In this document: positions 27,504-41,607 of the stretch, piece by piece
Layout: every line of letters begins with the position of its first letter
Numbering within the stretch: position 1 is the stretch's first letter
Assembly (NCBI RefSeq): GCF_001194135.2
Contig: NC_068984.1
Coordinates: 30,156,693 to 30,220,692, forward strand
Origin: Octopus bimaculoides
Taxonomy: Eukaryota
Direction of reading: 5' to 3'
Length of the DNA: 64,000 nucleotides
The notes under the pieces: model-generated
What the model was told of the DNA's origin: nothing
The model's database searches: none
What the model saw: only the letters and a program-made list of their open reading frames with translations
Made by a program: the position numbers and the translations under genes

Positions 27504-28379
27504 CAAAACAATATTCCATGGTAATGAGCTCAATTAAGTATCTGAAGAAAGGTTCTAAATTATAATCATATGGTCTGATATATTAACTTTATAGTCATTA
27601 GTTATCCTGTTATTAAAGAAAGCAAAGAGCAGAAGCAGATAGCCTGTCCTAATTGTTGTGTACGTATGAAACCAATTGTGCCAGTCATTTGATAAATGAA
27701 CTATATATATAAAACCTTTTGGGAGTACGAAGTTAGATTACATTTCCGATCTACTTTGTTATGCATCCATTCTGCTATAACTCTCTTTGTGACCTACATT
27801 AACTGATCCAGTTGGTTAATTCGTCTGTAATTTCCTCTTTCTTAATGGTAATGCTACACCAGACATTGGGTATGACAATCATATGAGTATGTGTGTGTGT
27901 GTAAATGTCAAGTGATGAAAATGAGTACTCAACACTGTATTGGTGGATATAATTTCTTTATTTGTGAATTAAAGCTACCATTCATTTCATGATAAAAAAA
28001 GGAAGAAAATATTCTAGTATCTTAACAATTTTTCAAGCCAATTACATGGAGAAAGGGTTTTCCAAAATGGAAATTAACACCTTACTCCATTTGATTGGCT
28101 TGAAACATTAAGACACTAGGATAATTTCCTACTTTTCTTTACATGAAACCAATGGTAGTCTTAATTCACAAATAAAGAAAATATATGTGTGTGTGTGTAT
28201 GCATGCATGAGTGCATGTACACACACACACATAAACATGCCTCCAACATACTTGAAGTAGTAAAAGTTTATATTCATGCACATCACTGCTTAGCACTTTG
28301 ATTTCAAACATAAGAAAAATAAAAAGGATTAACTGAAAATTCAACCAGCTAAAATATTGCCAGCTGCAACACCCAAACT

Positions 28380-28930
28380 TTACTGGGATAAAGAAAACAT
28401 CTTCAAAACTGCATGGAGACTGTCATCGATAGTCATTTAACAGCAGAAGAACAATGGGTCATTGAGAAAATAAAAGCCAATCCCAAAGTGTTCTTAATCA
28501 TTTGCCAAAAAGTATAAGATTACTGCATCACCTGATGGAGCTCTAATAGATGGAGACAACACTCTGCACAGTGGTGAAGAAGACAGGGTTGAGATGCAGC
28601 ACAAGCAATACTGCTCCACTTTCAACAATTCTGACAGCACCTGTCAAACAAATCCCAAGCATACCTTATCCAATATATTCATTTTGTGCCCCAGATATCA
28701 TAGCAGCCATTAACAAAATTATGAACAACTCGACTGCAGGCCCTGATAAATTTCCTGTTAGAGCCCTCAGGGAGTGCTTACATCAGTGTAAGCTATTCTC
28801 TGGAGAAAATTACTGGATACTGGCTATATTCCTGATAATTTCTTATTCTAGTTGATTGTCCCATTTTCAGAAAAAGCAAAAAATTACTGGCTGGGAATTA
28901 CCAACTAATCTTACTTCTCATATCACCACG
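28380..28930 (+). mobile_element. CR1/L2-group LINE ORF2 fragment, 5' part
   Basis: IKANPKVF..AKKYK, IIAAINKIMNNSTAGPDKFPVRALRECL, PIFRKSKKLLAGNYQ..LTSHI (RT domain start). Confidence 0.8.
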
Positions 28931-28932
28931 AC

Positions 28933-28965
<33 letters not shown>

Positions 28966-30090
28966 TTAATGTCTGTTTTCCATGCTGGCATGCATTGGGC
29001 GGTTTGACTGGGGACTGGTGAGCGGGATGGCTGCACCAGGCTCCAATGTGATCTGGCAGAGTTTCTACAGCTGGATGCCCTTCTTAATGCCAACCACTCC
29101 GAGAGTGTAGTGGGTACTTTTACATGCCACCGGCACGAGGGCCAGTCATGTGGTACTGGCAACGGCCATGTTCAAAATGGTGTTTTTATGTGTCACCTGC
29201 ACAGGAGCCAGTCCAGTGGCACTGGCAACGCCCTCTCTCAAATTTTGTTTTTCACGTACCACCAGCACAAGTACCAGTAAGACGACGCTGGTAACGATCA
29301 CACTTGAATGGTGCTTTTTAGATGCCACCAGCACGGGGACCAGTCAGTGGCCCTGGCAATTATCACACTCGGATTGTGCTCTTAGCACTCCACTAGCATG
29401 GATGCCAGTCATGTGATGCTGTCATCGAATTTGATTTCAATTTCACTTGCCTCAATAGGCCTTCACAAGCAGAGTTTAGTGTCCAATGAAAAGAAGGTAT
29501 GCCTAAGTGAGCTGGTTACACCACTGCATAGGCCACGGGCTATGGGCTCACTTGGCTTGCTGGGTCTTCTCAAGCACAGCATATTTCCAAAGGTCTCCGT
29601 CACTAGTCATTGCTCATTGAGGTCTAATGTTTGAAGGTCATGCTTCACCACCTCATCTCAGGTCTTCCTGGATCTACCTCTTCCACAGTTTCCTATTTCT
29701 TTATTGCCTACAAGGGGCTAAACATAGAGGGGACAAACGAGGACAGACAAAGGGATTAAGTTGATCACATTGATCCCAGTGCGTAACTGGTACTTAATTT
29801 ATCGACCCTGAAGGAATGAAAGGCAAAGTCAACCTTGGCAGAATTTGAACTCAGAACGTAGCAGCAGACGAAATACCACTAAGCATTTCGCCTGGCATGC
29901 TAATGTTTCTGCCAGCATGTCACCTTGAGGTCAATCTCTTCCACATTTTCCCTCAACCGCTAGGGTGTGACACTTTTTCACACAGCTATCCTCATCCATT
30001 CGCACGACATGACCATACCAGCACAGTCGTCTCTCTTGCATACCACATCTGATGCTTCTTAGGTCCAACTTTTCTCTCAAGGCACTTATT
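28933..30090 (-). mobile_element. 5'-truncated RTE-clade LINE (ORF2 C-terminus, 3'UTR and (GAT)n tail)
   Basis: Minus frame LREKLDLRSIRCGMQERRLCWYGHVVRMDEDSCVKKCHTLAVEGKCGR | GRSRKT*DEVVKHDLQTLDL..DLWKYAVLEKTQQAK*. The 3'UTR carries about 60-bp internal repeats and a ggttggcattaagaagggcatccagc block. Confidence 0.9.
29694..29927 (-). mobile_element. SINE family A inserted in the RTE ORF2
   Basis: Full head-to-tail reverse copy, flanked by ctcttccacagtttcc (29678-29693) and ctcttccacattttcc (29936-29951), a putative 16-bp TSD with 1 mismatch. Confidence 0.9.
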
Positions 30091-30092
30091 TA

Positions 30093-30425
30093 AGAGCGTG
30101 GTGAGGTCTAAAGTTACTCACCTCCTAAAAACTAACTACCTACTTATTCCTAACCAGCATGGTTACCACAATGGCAAGGACTGCCTAACACAGTTCCTTC
30201 ATCAATTTGATGACATCCTAAAGGCTCTGCAAGAGGTGTCCAATGCAGCTGTCATCTATCTTGACTTCAGCAATGCATTGAACAAAGCTGACCACAGGAT
30301 CCTATTAAAGAAACTAACCAACATTAGCATTCAAGGGAAATTTTTTAAATGGACTGAATGTTTTCTAGTGAACAGAACCCAGTATGTGGTGAATAGATGT
30401 TGTTTAATTAAGCTCAGCCAAAGTC
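30093..30425 (+). mobile_element. CR1/L2-group LINE RT fragment, 3' part
   Basis: ERVVRSKVTHLLKTNYLLIPNQHGYHNGKDCLTQFL..VIYLDFSNALNKADHRILLKKL..GKFFKWTECFLVNRTQYV matches QHGF..GRSC.T.L / YLDF.KAFDKV.H / W...FL..R.Q.V. Confidence 0.9.
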
Positions 30426-32028
30426 ATCAGTGGAGTCTTTATACACTTTATAGTAAGGTTGCAAGGGATCAAGGGAATGCTGTTATAACTGATAAAATTA
30501 TCAATGCTGGATTTGAGAATTATATAACATTTAAGTTCTAGTATAATTTTAATCTAATTAGCAAGTGATGTATCTGGTGTTGATCTTTGCTTTGTATATA
30601 AAGCTACTATAATGAATAGCTTCAGTTTTTGGGACATTCTGAACAAAATTCCACTGCTGTTAACTAATGATTTTCTGTCCAATTTTATTACATGAACTGC
30701 ATCATGGTGAATTGGGTTCATTGTTGTAAATGCATACGGATCAGTCATTATTTCCTATGCAAGTATAAAACTTATTTAAAAGACAAAGGCTTTCATTCTA
30801 ATCAAAAGAAACTCTCCAAAACCTGAATTGCTGAATAAGTTGATATACTATATCCTTGCTAAAAAAGTGAGTAAATGTGTATCCTACTACATGTACGAAG
30901 CAGTTAAATCTACCACTCTTTTATAGTTTTGAATCATTTCAATACTACATATAAAACAAATAGAAGAAAAAAGACAGATTTGCCAAACAACAGATAATGG
31001 TTTCTAACCTAGGTAAAATAGCCACTTAAAGCAGCATCAGAACTTGATTAGAATTTATTTTATTAAACCAGCTGGAAATCAAAGTAAACATGAATGGGAT
31101 TTGAGAAGTGAATTTAAAAAGATGAAACAAAGAAATGCTAGGTGTTCTGTCTGATGCTATGCTGATTCTGCCATTCCAATAAGCTCTTTAGATAGGCATG
31201 ATACTCATTCAAGAGTTTTAATTAAGAGAAAATTGGAGAGTGGGGAAGCATTCAGGCATTTTTCAACAGTGTTATTGACGTAGATAAAGTAAAATAGCTT
31301 CAACCAGGAATATATAACCAAAAGATGCAGTTGTTTCACAAACAATATATTTTCACTCCATTTGGCACATACGAAACAAGGAAAACATTGCAAAACCATT
31401 AGATGGAAGTTTGTTTCAGCAGAAAGGGAGGAAGAAAGAGAAATTTAAAAATCAGGTGGTTGTGTGCATAGAGTTAAACATTCTCAACTATTTATAGCAA
31501 TAATCAAAAACGATTTTGTTTCCAAATCGACTGGTTGTTTTTAATGTTACACCAGTTTACATATATTTATGCTAAATCAACAGCATACCTCAGATCTATA
31601 ATCAGGTATATGAACATGAAAGGTGTTAATTAAGAGTAATCATTAATGTGAATTACTGATCATTTTAGATAGTAGTTTAAATTCATCATGACACAACATA
31701 ATAAAATTCATCATCATCATCACAATCATCTTTATACACTGAACATCATTAGTATTGTTTTTTCCTTTAGGTGATTTTTGTTTTTTTGTATATATTAAGA
31801 TAAATTTCATATGTATATGTGCTTAATTATTTTTGAACTATAGGTACAGTAATTACAGATATATATTACATGTTAAAATATCTACATTTGAGGTGAATTG
31901 TGCTTAATTAAGCTTGCAAGCAAGAGAAAATATTTCAAGAAAATCTGTGATTAAGAAGACGAAATAAATTATCAAATTCCTACAAATATTAATGTAATTC
32001 ATTTATTAATCAGGTATTCACACGCATG

Positions 32029-32067
<39 letters not shown>

Positions 32068-33416
32068 CTGCATGCAGGCACACACACACACACAAACATG
32101 CACATACACCAGACATAACTTTTACATCGCCAAGTAATTTCAAAAGATTATGGCAGAATTATCAACAATTTTCTTTTAAAAATATACATGTCTCTTGAAG
32201 CAAATTGAAGCTAACCTATCCAAGTGTGTATGAACAATCATAAAATGATGCTGATGATGTCACAAAGAATGGTGACCGACAATGATGAAAACGCCAAAGA
32301 TGATGATGATGATGATGATGATTAAAATCATGATGACAGATATGAGGGAAAGCATCCTTACAAATTCAAACCCTTAGAAAAAGTTTATCAAAAATAAAAT
32401 AAAAGCAAAATAAATTGATTGACAAATAAAAAAATTTCCAACAATTATGGATTAGATCTAAACAGTCTGTACATGTGTATACATACACCTGCATACACAT
32501 ACTCATGCACATTAGGGCATAGCACATAAAAAAATGATAGAAATTGAATAAATATGTCCCTTCTAAATAATTGTCACTAAGTTGTTTTATATCTTATTTA
32601 AGAAACATATTTTAGTAGTAGTAGTATTAAATTCTTAGTTCATATTTCTGAAACTGCTGAAAAGATGGTTTGTATATGCAATGAGAGTTGAAAATTATTA
32701 ATAAAAGAATGAATTCATTTTAGTTCGTTTTTGTATTTGGTTTATATGATTCTTGATGTAAACTTGTGTGTTGAAAGAGATTTTGCTGCATCGGAAGCAG
32801 GTGATTATGAAAAATAATAAACACTTGCATTGGTTCTGTTACACTTCTTTTATCATTATAGTCAGTTTATTAACATTATCCAGTTAACTAATTAATTCTT
32901 TGATTAATTGTTCCATCAGTTAATCATGTATATTTGTTAAATTTCTTTCATTTCCATTTGTGACCTCATAAAAGAGTCCTCATAGAAGTAGATCTGAAGT
33001 GGACATTGAATATGAAGGCATGTCATTGATGAGGTAATGAATGGAAACAAAACAAGTTTGACAGATATAGCTGACTGATTAACTGAATGATTAATCAAAT
33101 AATCTATTAGTTAATTGGATAAATGTTAACAAATTGACAAATAATAAAAAGTGAAACTGAAACTATGCGTGTGTTTACAATTGATATTTTGACCCACCCA
33201 AGACAGATCAAATTTACACCATAATTACAGATCAATTCTATTTATAGAACTAAAGTAATGCAAATTTAAAATTGTGCAAAGACTTTAAATGACCCAGTAT
33301 TTCAACGAGACTGATGTGATCAACTACTAGCCTATGATTGGGATTTGTTTCAGTTGCTAATATTGGATTTGAACTCAGATCCTAAAAGAATGGAACTAAA
33401 CATTGTTTGATATAAT

Positions 33417-33592
33417 CTTTTCTACTATAGGCACAAGGCCCGAAGTTTTTGGGGAGGGAGCCAGTCGATTAGATCAACTCCAGTACACAACTAGTACTTA
33501 ATTTATCGACCCCAAAAGGATGAAAGGCAGAGTTGATCTCAACAGAATTTGAACTCTGAATGTAAAGACAGACCACTAAGCATTTCACCCGG
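33417..33592 (-). mobile_element. SINE family A, reverse, 5'-truncated
   Basis: acttaatttatcgaccccaaaaggatgaaaggcagagttgatctc..gaatttgaactctgaa. Confidence 0.85.
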
Positions 33593-33990
33593 TAAAAAGC
33601 TTAGTGGTATTACCATCAAACATACTTATTCACACACACAGGTAGTTATGTTCACATATAAATATATTTAAACTGAAGATATTAACACCTTGATTTTACC
33701 AGAAATATTTGATATACATTCTTAATTCTTGGACTGAAGAGATATTTTGAATCAAAAGTTAACTTCAAATCACACTACAAAGTTAACGTTTCCAAGCATA
33801 TTCGGTATATAGATCTCCCAACATTCTTGTTACAACTATATGTTTTAGGCTGTTAATTCAAAATTACCAAATGTGTTCTGTATAAAGATTTCATTTACAC
33901 AGAGCCACAACCTATATTTACAGAATGTATTCATTTATTTGTACAGCTATAATTAGAAGAGAATTTATCAATTTCATGATTCTTTTCCTT

Positions 33991-34043
<53 letters not shown>

Positions 34044-34461
34044 CATATGTATATGTGCTTTCAACCTACATGGAAAATTCTTCTTCCTGCAAATAAGAAA
34101 ACTTGATTAACTGATTCTGCATGGAATATTTTCTGTGAAATATCCTGAAGCATTAGCAGCCTTATTTTAATAGACTTATGTGACAATTTCTAATAGAATA
34201 CTAATTATGAAGAACATACTATTCAAAAATTCATTAATTGAAAATTAGGTAAATACTATTTTCTTAAATGGTGTTAGTGTTCAAAAAATTGTAAGCACTA
34301 AATATTAAGCTATGAAAATTAATTCAGAATATTAGCATAAAGGATTAATCATTGTTGATTCAAGTTCAATGCCATAACATGTGATATTTTACCATCAGTG
34401 TTAGAACTTGGCAACTAACAAACATCTTCAACAATACCTCCTTAAACTGTTTTAAATATAC

Positions 34462-34506
34462 CCATGCTAGCATGGAAGGCGGACGTTAAACGATGATGAT
34501 GATGAT
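34462..34506 (+). mobile_element. Very short RTE-type 3' tail insertion
   Basis: cccatgctagcatggaaggcggacgttaaacgatgatgatgatgat. Confidence 0.8.
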
Positions 34507-35268
34507 ATCTGTTATATATATATCTGTTATATATAGGTATTTTCTTCCATACATTCTCTTTTTTTTAACTTTTACCTTGTTTTTATCTACCATTCAAAAG
34601 CAAAACAAAAATGTTGAAACTAAATTTACAAAAATATTTTAAAAACTAAAATTTCTCAAACAGTGACTAAAGTGCAGTTTTAACCCCAAAATGAATTCCT
34701 TTACATTCTTTCTTGTTTAGAAGCAAATCCCTTTTTCCTTCACGTACTAGCATGTGTGTGTGTGTGCTTACACACATGTTATTTTCATAACATAGAGAAA
34801 ACAGGGTTTACAGAAACTAAAAGTGGTTTATACTGGCAATAATTGTAAGGTTAAATTTTCATGAGTTTCGATATATATGTATGCCATGGGAAAACAAGAA
34901 ACTTAAGAAAGAGAGAACCTTGTTTTCACTTGAAGTATTTTACTTCTCTCTCTCCAACACTCTTTTGGGTTAAAAAAAAAAATCAATCTCTAAATATCAG
35001 ATTCGTCCAATCTTTGCAGTAATCAGACTAATTCAGACTCGGGAATTTCACTGTATTTGTGGCGATGAATTTAACCTAAAAGTATTAATATTTTATCAAT
35101 CTTTCTAATTCAAATAACATTAAACTGGAAAACCAGTATCTATAAATAACCATTTAGAAGACTGAAATAATAAAATATTCTGCTAAATTAAACCTTTCTC
35201 TTCTTCAGAAAGAATTTTTAAAGTATATGTTCATATTCTCATATATGTGTTTAATAAGTACACTATTA

Positions 35269-35480
35269 AGATGGTGAGCTAGCAGAATCATTAGCACACT
35301 GGGCAAAATGCTTAGAGGTATTTCATCTGTCCTTACATGCTGAGTTCAAATTCCACCAAGGTCGACTTTGCCTTTCATCCTTTTGGGGTTGATGAAATAA
35401 GTAACAGTTGGGCACTAAGGTTGATGTAATTGACTTATCCATTCCCATGAAATTGCTGGCCTTGTGCCAAAATTTGAAAC
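35269..35480 (+). mobile_element. SINE family A, CpG-decayed
   Basis: atggtgagctagcagaatc..gtcgactttgcctttcatccttttggggttgatgaaataagt..gtgccaaaatttgaaac. Confidence 0.9.
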
Positions 35481-37784
35481 ATATGTACAATATTGATTTA
35501 TACAGATGCCATAATGTATTTAATATATACATTATTGCTAGTGCTCCTAGCAAACATTGTAATATACTTAGGGAAGAAAGAGAGATAACATTTTGTCTAG
35601 AGGTATATTTTTTTTCTTTTTGCATTACCAAGCATGAAATAAAAGGTTAACCAATGCATACTGCAAAGTTGCTTGTATTACAAAGAACATCTAGTAACAA
35701 AAACCATGCTTTACATGGAATTTGTGGACCTCTGACCTGACTAGATGGAAAGTAATTCCAAATAAGAACTGACTATGATGACCCATCCAATCCATGGAAA
35801 GTAAGCATATAATCAATGATGATGATGATGATAATAATGCTGCTGCTGCTGCTGTGTTTGGTGGGGGATTTGAGGAGTGGAATTTGCAGTGGCAGTTGCA
35901 ACAATGGCAATGATGACATTGACAATGATTAACATGTTTCTAAAATAAAGTGAGCTATACAACATGCACCTGATAACTGAACAATCACTGTTTCAATTTA
36001 ATTGGATCTCGTTCAATTTCATTTCAGTTAAAATCACCAAGTATTTCTTGATGTGATAATAATAACTTTAGTAACATGGAATTAATCATTCTTTAACTTT
36101 AAGTTTATGTGAAAAATTATGTATTGCACAAAATAGAAATTAGAAAAAATTAGTTATTAAGGTGTATGGATTCAGCCTTGCTTTAAAATGCTAGGATATA
36201 ATTTGTATGATATGAAAAGGTATTGTAATATTGATCATCTTAAATAGCTAAGTTTAAATATAATTTATACATAGTATGTATTATATTTGAAAGGGGTTAT
36301 AATTATAGCACACTGGATATGTCAAGATTTAGAAGCACAATACACACACTAACATTTTATGTTTGGTTGTGGATTTTGTTTAATCCAAGTCAGACCTAGT
36401 CAAGCAGATTTGTGGTCAAAAGGAATTTCAGCTACGTTCATCTTTGCTATTTGTTTACTAGGGATTATAGTAACCAATAGGTCTTGATCTTTTTGAGCAA
36501 TATAGGGAGATGTAGGTGAGTTTTGGCAGCTATTTCTAGAAGTTATCAAACAATACTGTAAGATTTTAAAGTTTTTGCGGCTGTTTCTAATACGTATAGA
36601 CTACTTGGTTGAGTTTTAACAGTGTGTAAACTTAGTACAAGTTAATACCTTGTTGCACACTTGATTGATAAAAGTCTGCTTGCATGTCAGTACAGGTCAA
36701 ATTTTGTTCAGTCAGCCTTCTTGTCATAGACTGATGCCTTCCATCATTTGGGACACATTCTCTACTACTCTATTGAAGATTGCCTTTGTTATATTGATAA
36801 GAAATTTCAAAGAAATATGTCAATATTATTTGATTATTTTAATCAGATCACAATGTCAAATCAATTTACAACAATGAACTAACTGAACCATTTTGAAAAT
36901 TTATCTATTATTAACTTATTCACACCATTCTTGGAAAGCCTGGAAAGGGTCACAGGTGCTGACATTCTCCTTTGTCTGAACCATTAAAAAAGTGTGTGTA
37001 ATTTAATTAGGATTAACATTGTCAAGATGCAAACATGAAAAGAAGATAATTTGTTATTAAATGAATCAAAGTAAATTCAATGGACTTGAATTTTGCAGAT
37101 GTACGCAACAGGACGAATGCAATTGATTTGATTTACACAAACAGAATAGTATTCAAGGCCAGCATACTAGTAACAGATCAGCATAAGATCAGTGCATAAG
37201 AAAAACCGATGTAAACAATGAATATCTGCAAAATGTTGTCATTTTCTCCTTTCTAGAGAGAGCTATATTCCTGTCCAACAAGAAATTGGGAAAGAGTTTT
37301 CCATAAGCCACATCTCGACACATATCTTCCCTGTATTTTTTTGCTGTTAGATTGGACTTACTTAGAGACCAGCTCTTTTAGATGACTCATGGTTTATATT
37401 CCAACAACTTTATTTCTGTCAATTGTTTTTTACAGTTACTTTATGTCCAGATGTATATTTGCTTTAGCAGAGTAGACTTTTCACACCATGTCTCCAACTG
37501 TAATCTATTATATTTGAACGTGTATAACGAACGCCATTTCGTCAAAAATTAGGTTAAAAAATATAGGAGTTTCTTATAGATGGATAGTATTATAATCCTT
37601 TGCAAAACCTATTTTCCAAATTTGAAGCTCCCAAAATTAGGGGTTTCCTTATACATGAGGGTTCCTTATATATGTTAAAATATGTTATGTATTTTTATGA
37701 TCCTTTACAATGAAAGATAATTCAGAGAATTCTCTCTCTTTCCCTCCCACCTCTCTGTCTCCCTCCCCTCTCTCTCTCTCTATA

Positions 37785-37829
<45 letters not shown>

Positions 37830-37831
<2 letters not shown>

Positions 37832-38145
37832 TCATCATCATTTAACGTCCGTTGACCAAACTGGCATGGGTTGGACGATTTGGCATAGTTTTCTATAGCT
37901 GGATGCCCTTCCTAATGCCAACCTCTCAGAGAGTAATGGGTGCTTTTATATGCCACTGGCATGGGTGCCATTTGCATGACATGACTGTGATTTTGCTCGG
38001 CTTGATGTGTCTTCATCTCAAGTACAACATAATGTCAAAGGCCTCAGTCATTACTTCCAAGAGGCCTAACACACAAAAGGAACTCAGCCACTTTGCCTCC
38101 ATGAGGCCCAATGCTCGAAAGGAACTCAGCCACTTTGCCTTCAGG
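37830..38145 (-). mobile_element. RTE-type 3'UTR/tail fragment
   Basis: (cat)n-ttaacgtcc..tagctggatgcccttcctaatgccaacc..; ends where the Tc1 element begins. Confidence 0.8.
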
Positions 38146-38154
38146 AGGCATATA

Positions 38155-38720
38155 TACAGGGGTTAGACAAAATAATGGAAACACCAAGCATCATTGCATC
38201 ATAATTTTGAAATATCTATAAAACCATCAAAAGCTTGTTTATTTTTATGTTTTTGATTTATTATTAGTATTGCTTAATAAGTTTTGCTAAAATTGCTGTT
38301 TTCTTTCAGATATCACCAGAAAAAGGTAATTAAAATTTACTAAACTCACAGATCTATCGGACTTTCAAAGAGGTCAAATTGTTGGTGCTCATATGACAGG
38401 CACTAGTGTAATGAAAACAGCAAACATGTTTGGTGTATCAAGAATACTGTGTCAAAAGTAATGACAGCCTTTGAGAAAGAGGGGAAAACTGCCTTGTTGA
38501 AATAAAACTACAGAAGAAAACCAAAACTTTCAGATCGGAACTGTTGGACTCTTACACGAATTGTTAGAAAGGATCACAAAAAACAGCTCCCAAAATTACT
38601 GCAGAGCTTCATGACCACTTGAGAACCCAGTTTCCACAAAAACTGTTTGCTGGGAGCTGCACAAAGCCAAATTTCACAGGAGGGCTGCAATCAGAAAACC
38701 ACTACTTTCAAAAACATCCC
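38155..38720 (+). mobile_element. Tc1-like transposon, 5' half (TIR plus paired-like DNA-binding domain)
   Basis: TA-caggggttagacaaaataatggaaacacc terminus. Translates to DLSDFQRGQIVGAHMTGTSVMKTANMFGVSR..VSKVMTAFEKEGKT..RRKPKLSDR..IVRKDH..APKITAEL..PVSTKTV..ELHK..FHRRAAIRKPLLSK. Confidence 0.9.
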
Positions 38721-38889
38721 AAAAGAGATACAATACAAAGTTAACAATGTCAACGTGTCATGACAAAATGGAGCAGTACTAACATAGAGAGCACAAACCC
38801 CTGACCTCACACTGAACAGTCTGAGCTGAGTTTAGATTAGTTACATAAATTTCAGATAAAAATGATACTTATTTCAAATGCTTGCTAAC

Positions 38890-39078
38890 ATAGGCACAAG
38901 GCCTGAAATGTGCAAGTTGAAGTTGGTTAATTACATTGGTGCCAGTACTTGACTGCTATTCTATATTATTGGACTTGAGTTGACCTTGGTGGGATTTCAA
39001 TACAGATTGTAAAATGTTACAATAAATACCACAAGGCATTTTATCTAACACTCTACTGATTCTTCTAATTTACCACTC
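38890..39078 (-). mobile_element. Old, diverged SINE family A copy
   Basis: ataggcacaaggcctgaaat tail and gttgaccttggtgggatttcaa..aataccacaaggcatttt head remnants. Confidence 0.55.
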
Positions 39079-39837
39079 TTTTCTGATAATATTAATAGTA
39101 ATAAGAAATATATATCAGGCTGTGTGGAAATTTATGATAATAAATAAATGAAAATTAGCATAAATATCTACAAAATGCAAATAAAGCAAAGGTTTTCATC
39201 TTCAGTCATTCCAGCAGATATGAAACAAAGATTGTAGTAAGAGAGAACTAAAGTGGGGTGGAGATGGGAAAATTGTAATCTAAATTAGAAGTACTCTGAA
39301 ATGTCATAGAAGGCCAAGTGCACATTCTTTCTTTGCAGGACCAAAATGCTATGAAACTAACAAGCAAGACAAAAATGGATAAATATAAAGACAACATTGA
39401 TGAGAAAAGCCTTTATTCAAAGATGAAACCAAAACATTCCTACTAGTAATTAATTATGAAAATGGTTTATTATGAAGTTGTGTAAAACAAAAAATAGCTC
39501 TAGAAAATGTTGCTAAGTGCATGTGAAAATAATTTTTTTTAATGTGATAAAAACAAACTTCAATTCTATATATAATGTCTTAATATGAAATATTACTAAA
39601 TGTTTCGATGAAACTAAACATAGAGTGGGAGGTGAGAGAGTGTTCTGTAACTTTTTAATTCCTTTATAGGTTTTTTGGGTGCAGTATGTAACAAAAAATA
39701 TTGTTTTTATTACTGTAAAGGTTTAGAAAAGAAAAGAAAAAGTACTAAAGTGTAGTAATAATTTTTTAATGAAAATTAGTTTTTAATATTTTTTCCTAAT
39801 ATAATGATTTTATATGTCAACAAAAAAATCAAGATTT

Positions 39838-40400
39838 TAATTAATGCTTGGTATGATCACCTTTAACCCTCAAAACAACATTTATTTTCTCTCTGACTGA
39901 TGATTCTAACTTTCCAAATAGTTTTTTTCTATTTATTTTCTCACTTATATTAATCATAAATGTCTTTAATTCAGAGACTGTTTTATACATCTTTCCTTTT
40001 AATTTAATCTTCAAAATTGCCCATAAATTTTCAATGGGGTTCAAATCAGGTGATTGATTAGGCCAAAACAATACATTTATCTGTTTGACATCAAAATTAT
40101 CTTGATCACATGAGGAGGTGTGCTTTAGGTTATCAACTTGTTGAAATTTAGATATACAAGAAGATTAAAATAAATTGTTGGCTAATACATGAATATATTG
40201 AATTGCATTCATTTAACCATATACAATTGCTAACTTGCCAACAATCTTATAAAATATATATTTGGTATTCATTTCTTTTCCATAAAGTTGCAATATTCAT
40301 ATATAAATATATATTATCTTCATTGTTTCATTATGACTGAAAATCGAAACACTTGCTTCATCACCATCAGTGGTTATCTGCTTTATACAACCATACTTTA
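39838..40400 (-). mobile_element. Tc1-like DDE catalytic-domain remnant
   Basis: ORF 39841-40071 WPNQSPDLNPIENLWAILK..KGDHTKH; upstream FQQVDN..KHTS and DGDEASV blocks. Confidence 0.85.
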
Positions 40401-41325
40401 CAACCATACTTTACACATGTTAGAACTACAGCCCACGTAAAATTTTGATTCGAATGGCATTTTCACTGAAAAATAAGCTTTAAAATCATCTTCCTACCAT
40501 ATATTATATATGCCTCATTGTGTTAAAAATCAAAGATTGGTTGAGTTCTACATTGAAAATTTCCACTGGAAATAAAATGTTGAATTAGTACTTTCTGGTG
40601 AACTGACCAAACTTCAGTATGAAACATTTTTCTTGTCTTAATTCACTTCAGCTTTTCACTTAATGTGATTCCAATGGCTACTCACAATGTTGACTATGGA
40701 AACAAACTTTTAAATTGGTGACACTACTGAACTCACTATTCATACAGTAGAGTTTCTCCAGTATAAGAATAATTCCCAGTACTATAGTGAAGAAGATAGT
40801 AAATTCAAAATACATGTGCAGAAAATATAAGAATCTGTTAAATACATTTTATATAGATTAATTTTTGAATTTGATTATTGTTCAACTTAAACATGGAAAT
40901 ACATTGAAAAAAAAAATTGAATTTCTGTAACGCACCTTTTACTCATAGGAAGATGGAAATAAACTTTATTATCTAACATTATGGAATCATTTCTAAATGC
41001 AATATTAAATTTACAGACTGATGTACTCAGATTAACTTTTATTTTATTTTCAATAATATCACTGTTAGAAAATATTGAGGGTCATATAAAACATATTAAA
41101 TCACAACCATACTCATTTAATGTCTACAGTACTTTCAATTACAGTCATATTAGGGCATCACCTTCAACAATTTAGTTGTTCATGTCAACTTCAATACTTA
41201 TTCAATTTTGGTATTGCTTTATCCAATCTGAGCTTATGCCATACGTGCACCTGCATGAGTGTGAGTGTGCATGCACATATTGTGCATATGGGCATGTATG
41301 TAAATATGTAGGCATGTGTGCACAT

Positions 41326-41364
<39 letters not shown>

Positions 41365-41498
41365 AAATGAAAGATGGAAGATGAAATTTACAACAATTTT
41401 TATTGATCACGACAATTGTTTCAGCACACCTAGCATTGATCCTTTAACAACTGGTTCAGGAGCACCCAGTAATGCATGCAGATGTGTCTCATCGGATG

Positions 41499-41538
<40 letters not shown>

Positions 41539-41551
41539 ATGTGTGTGTATG

Positions 41552-41607
<56 letters not shown>

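Noticed and set aside
37080-37700. Possible pogo-type transposase remnant or ncRNA (CpG-retaining patch)
   Set aside because: Only vague motif echoes, no catalytic block, and no C/D or H/ACA architecture that I could support.
38310-38352. Mini exon/intron-like signals inside the Tc1 5' region
   Set aside because: The implied intron of about 26 nt is too short; it lies within a transposon.
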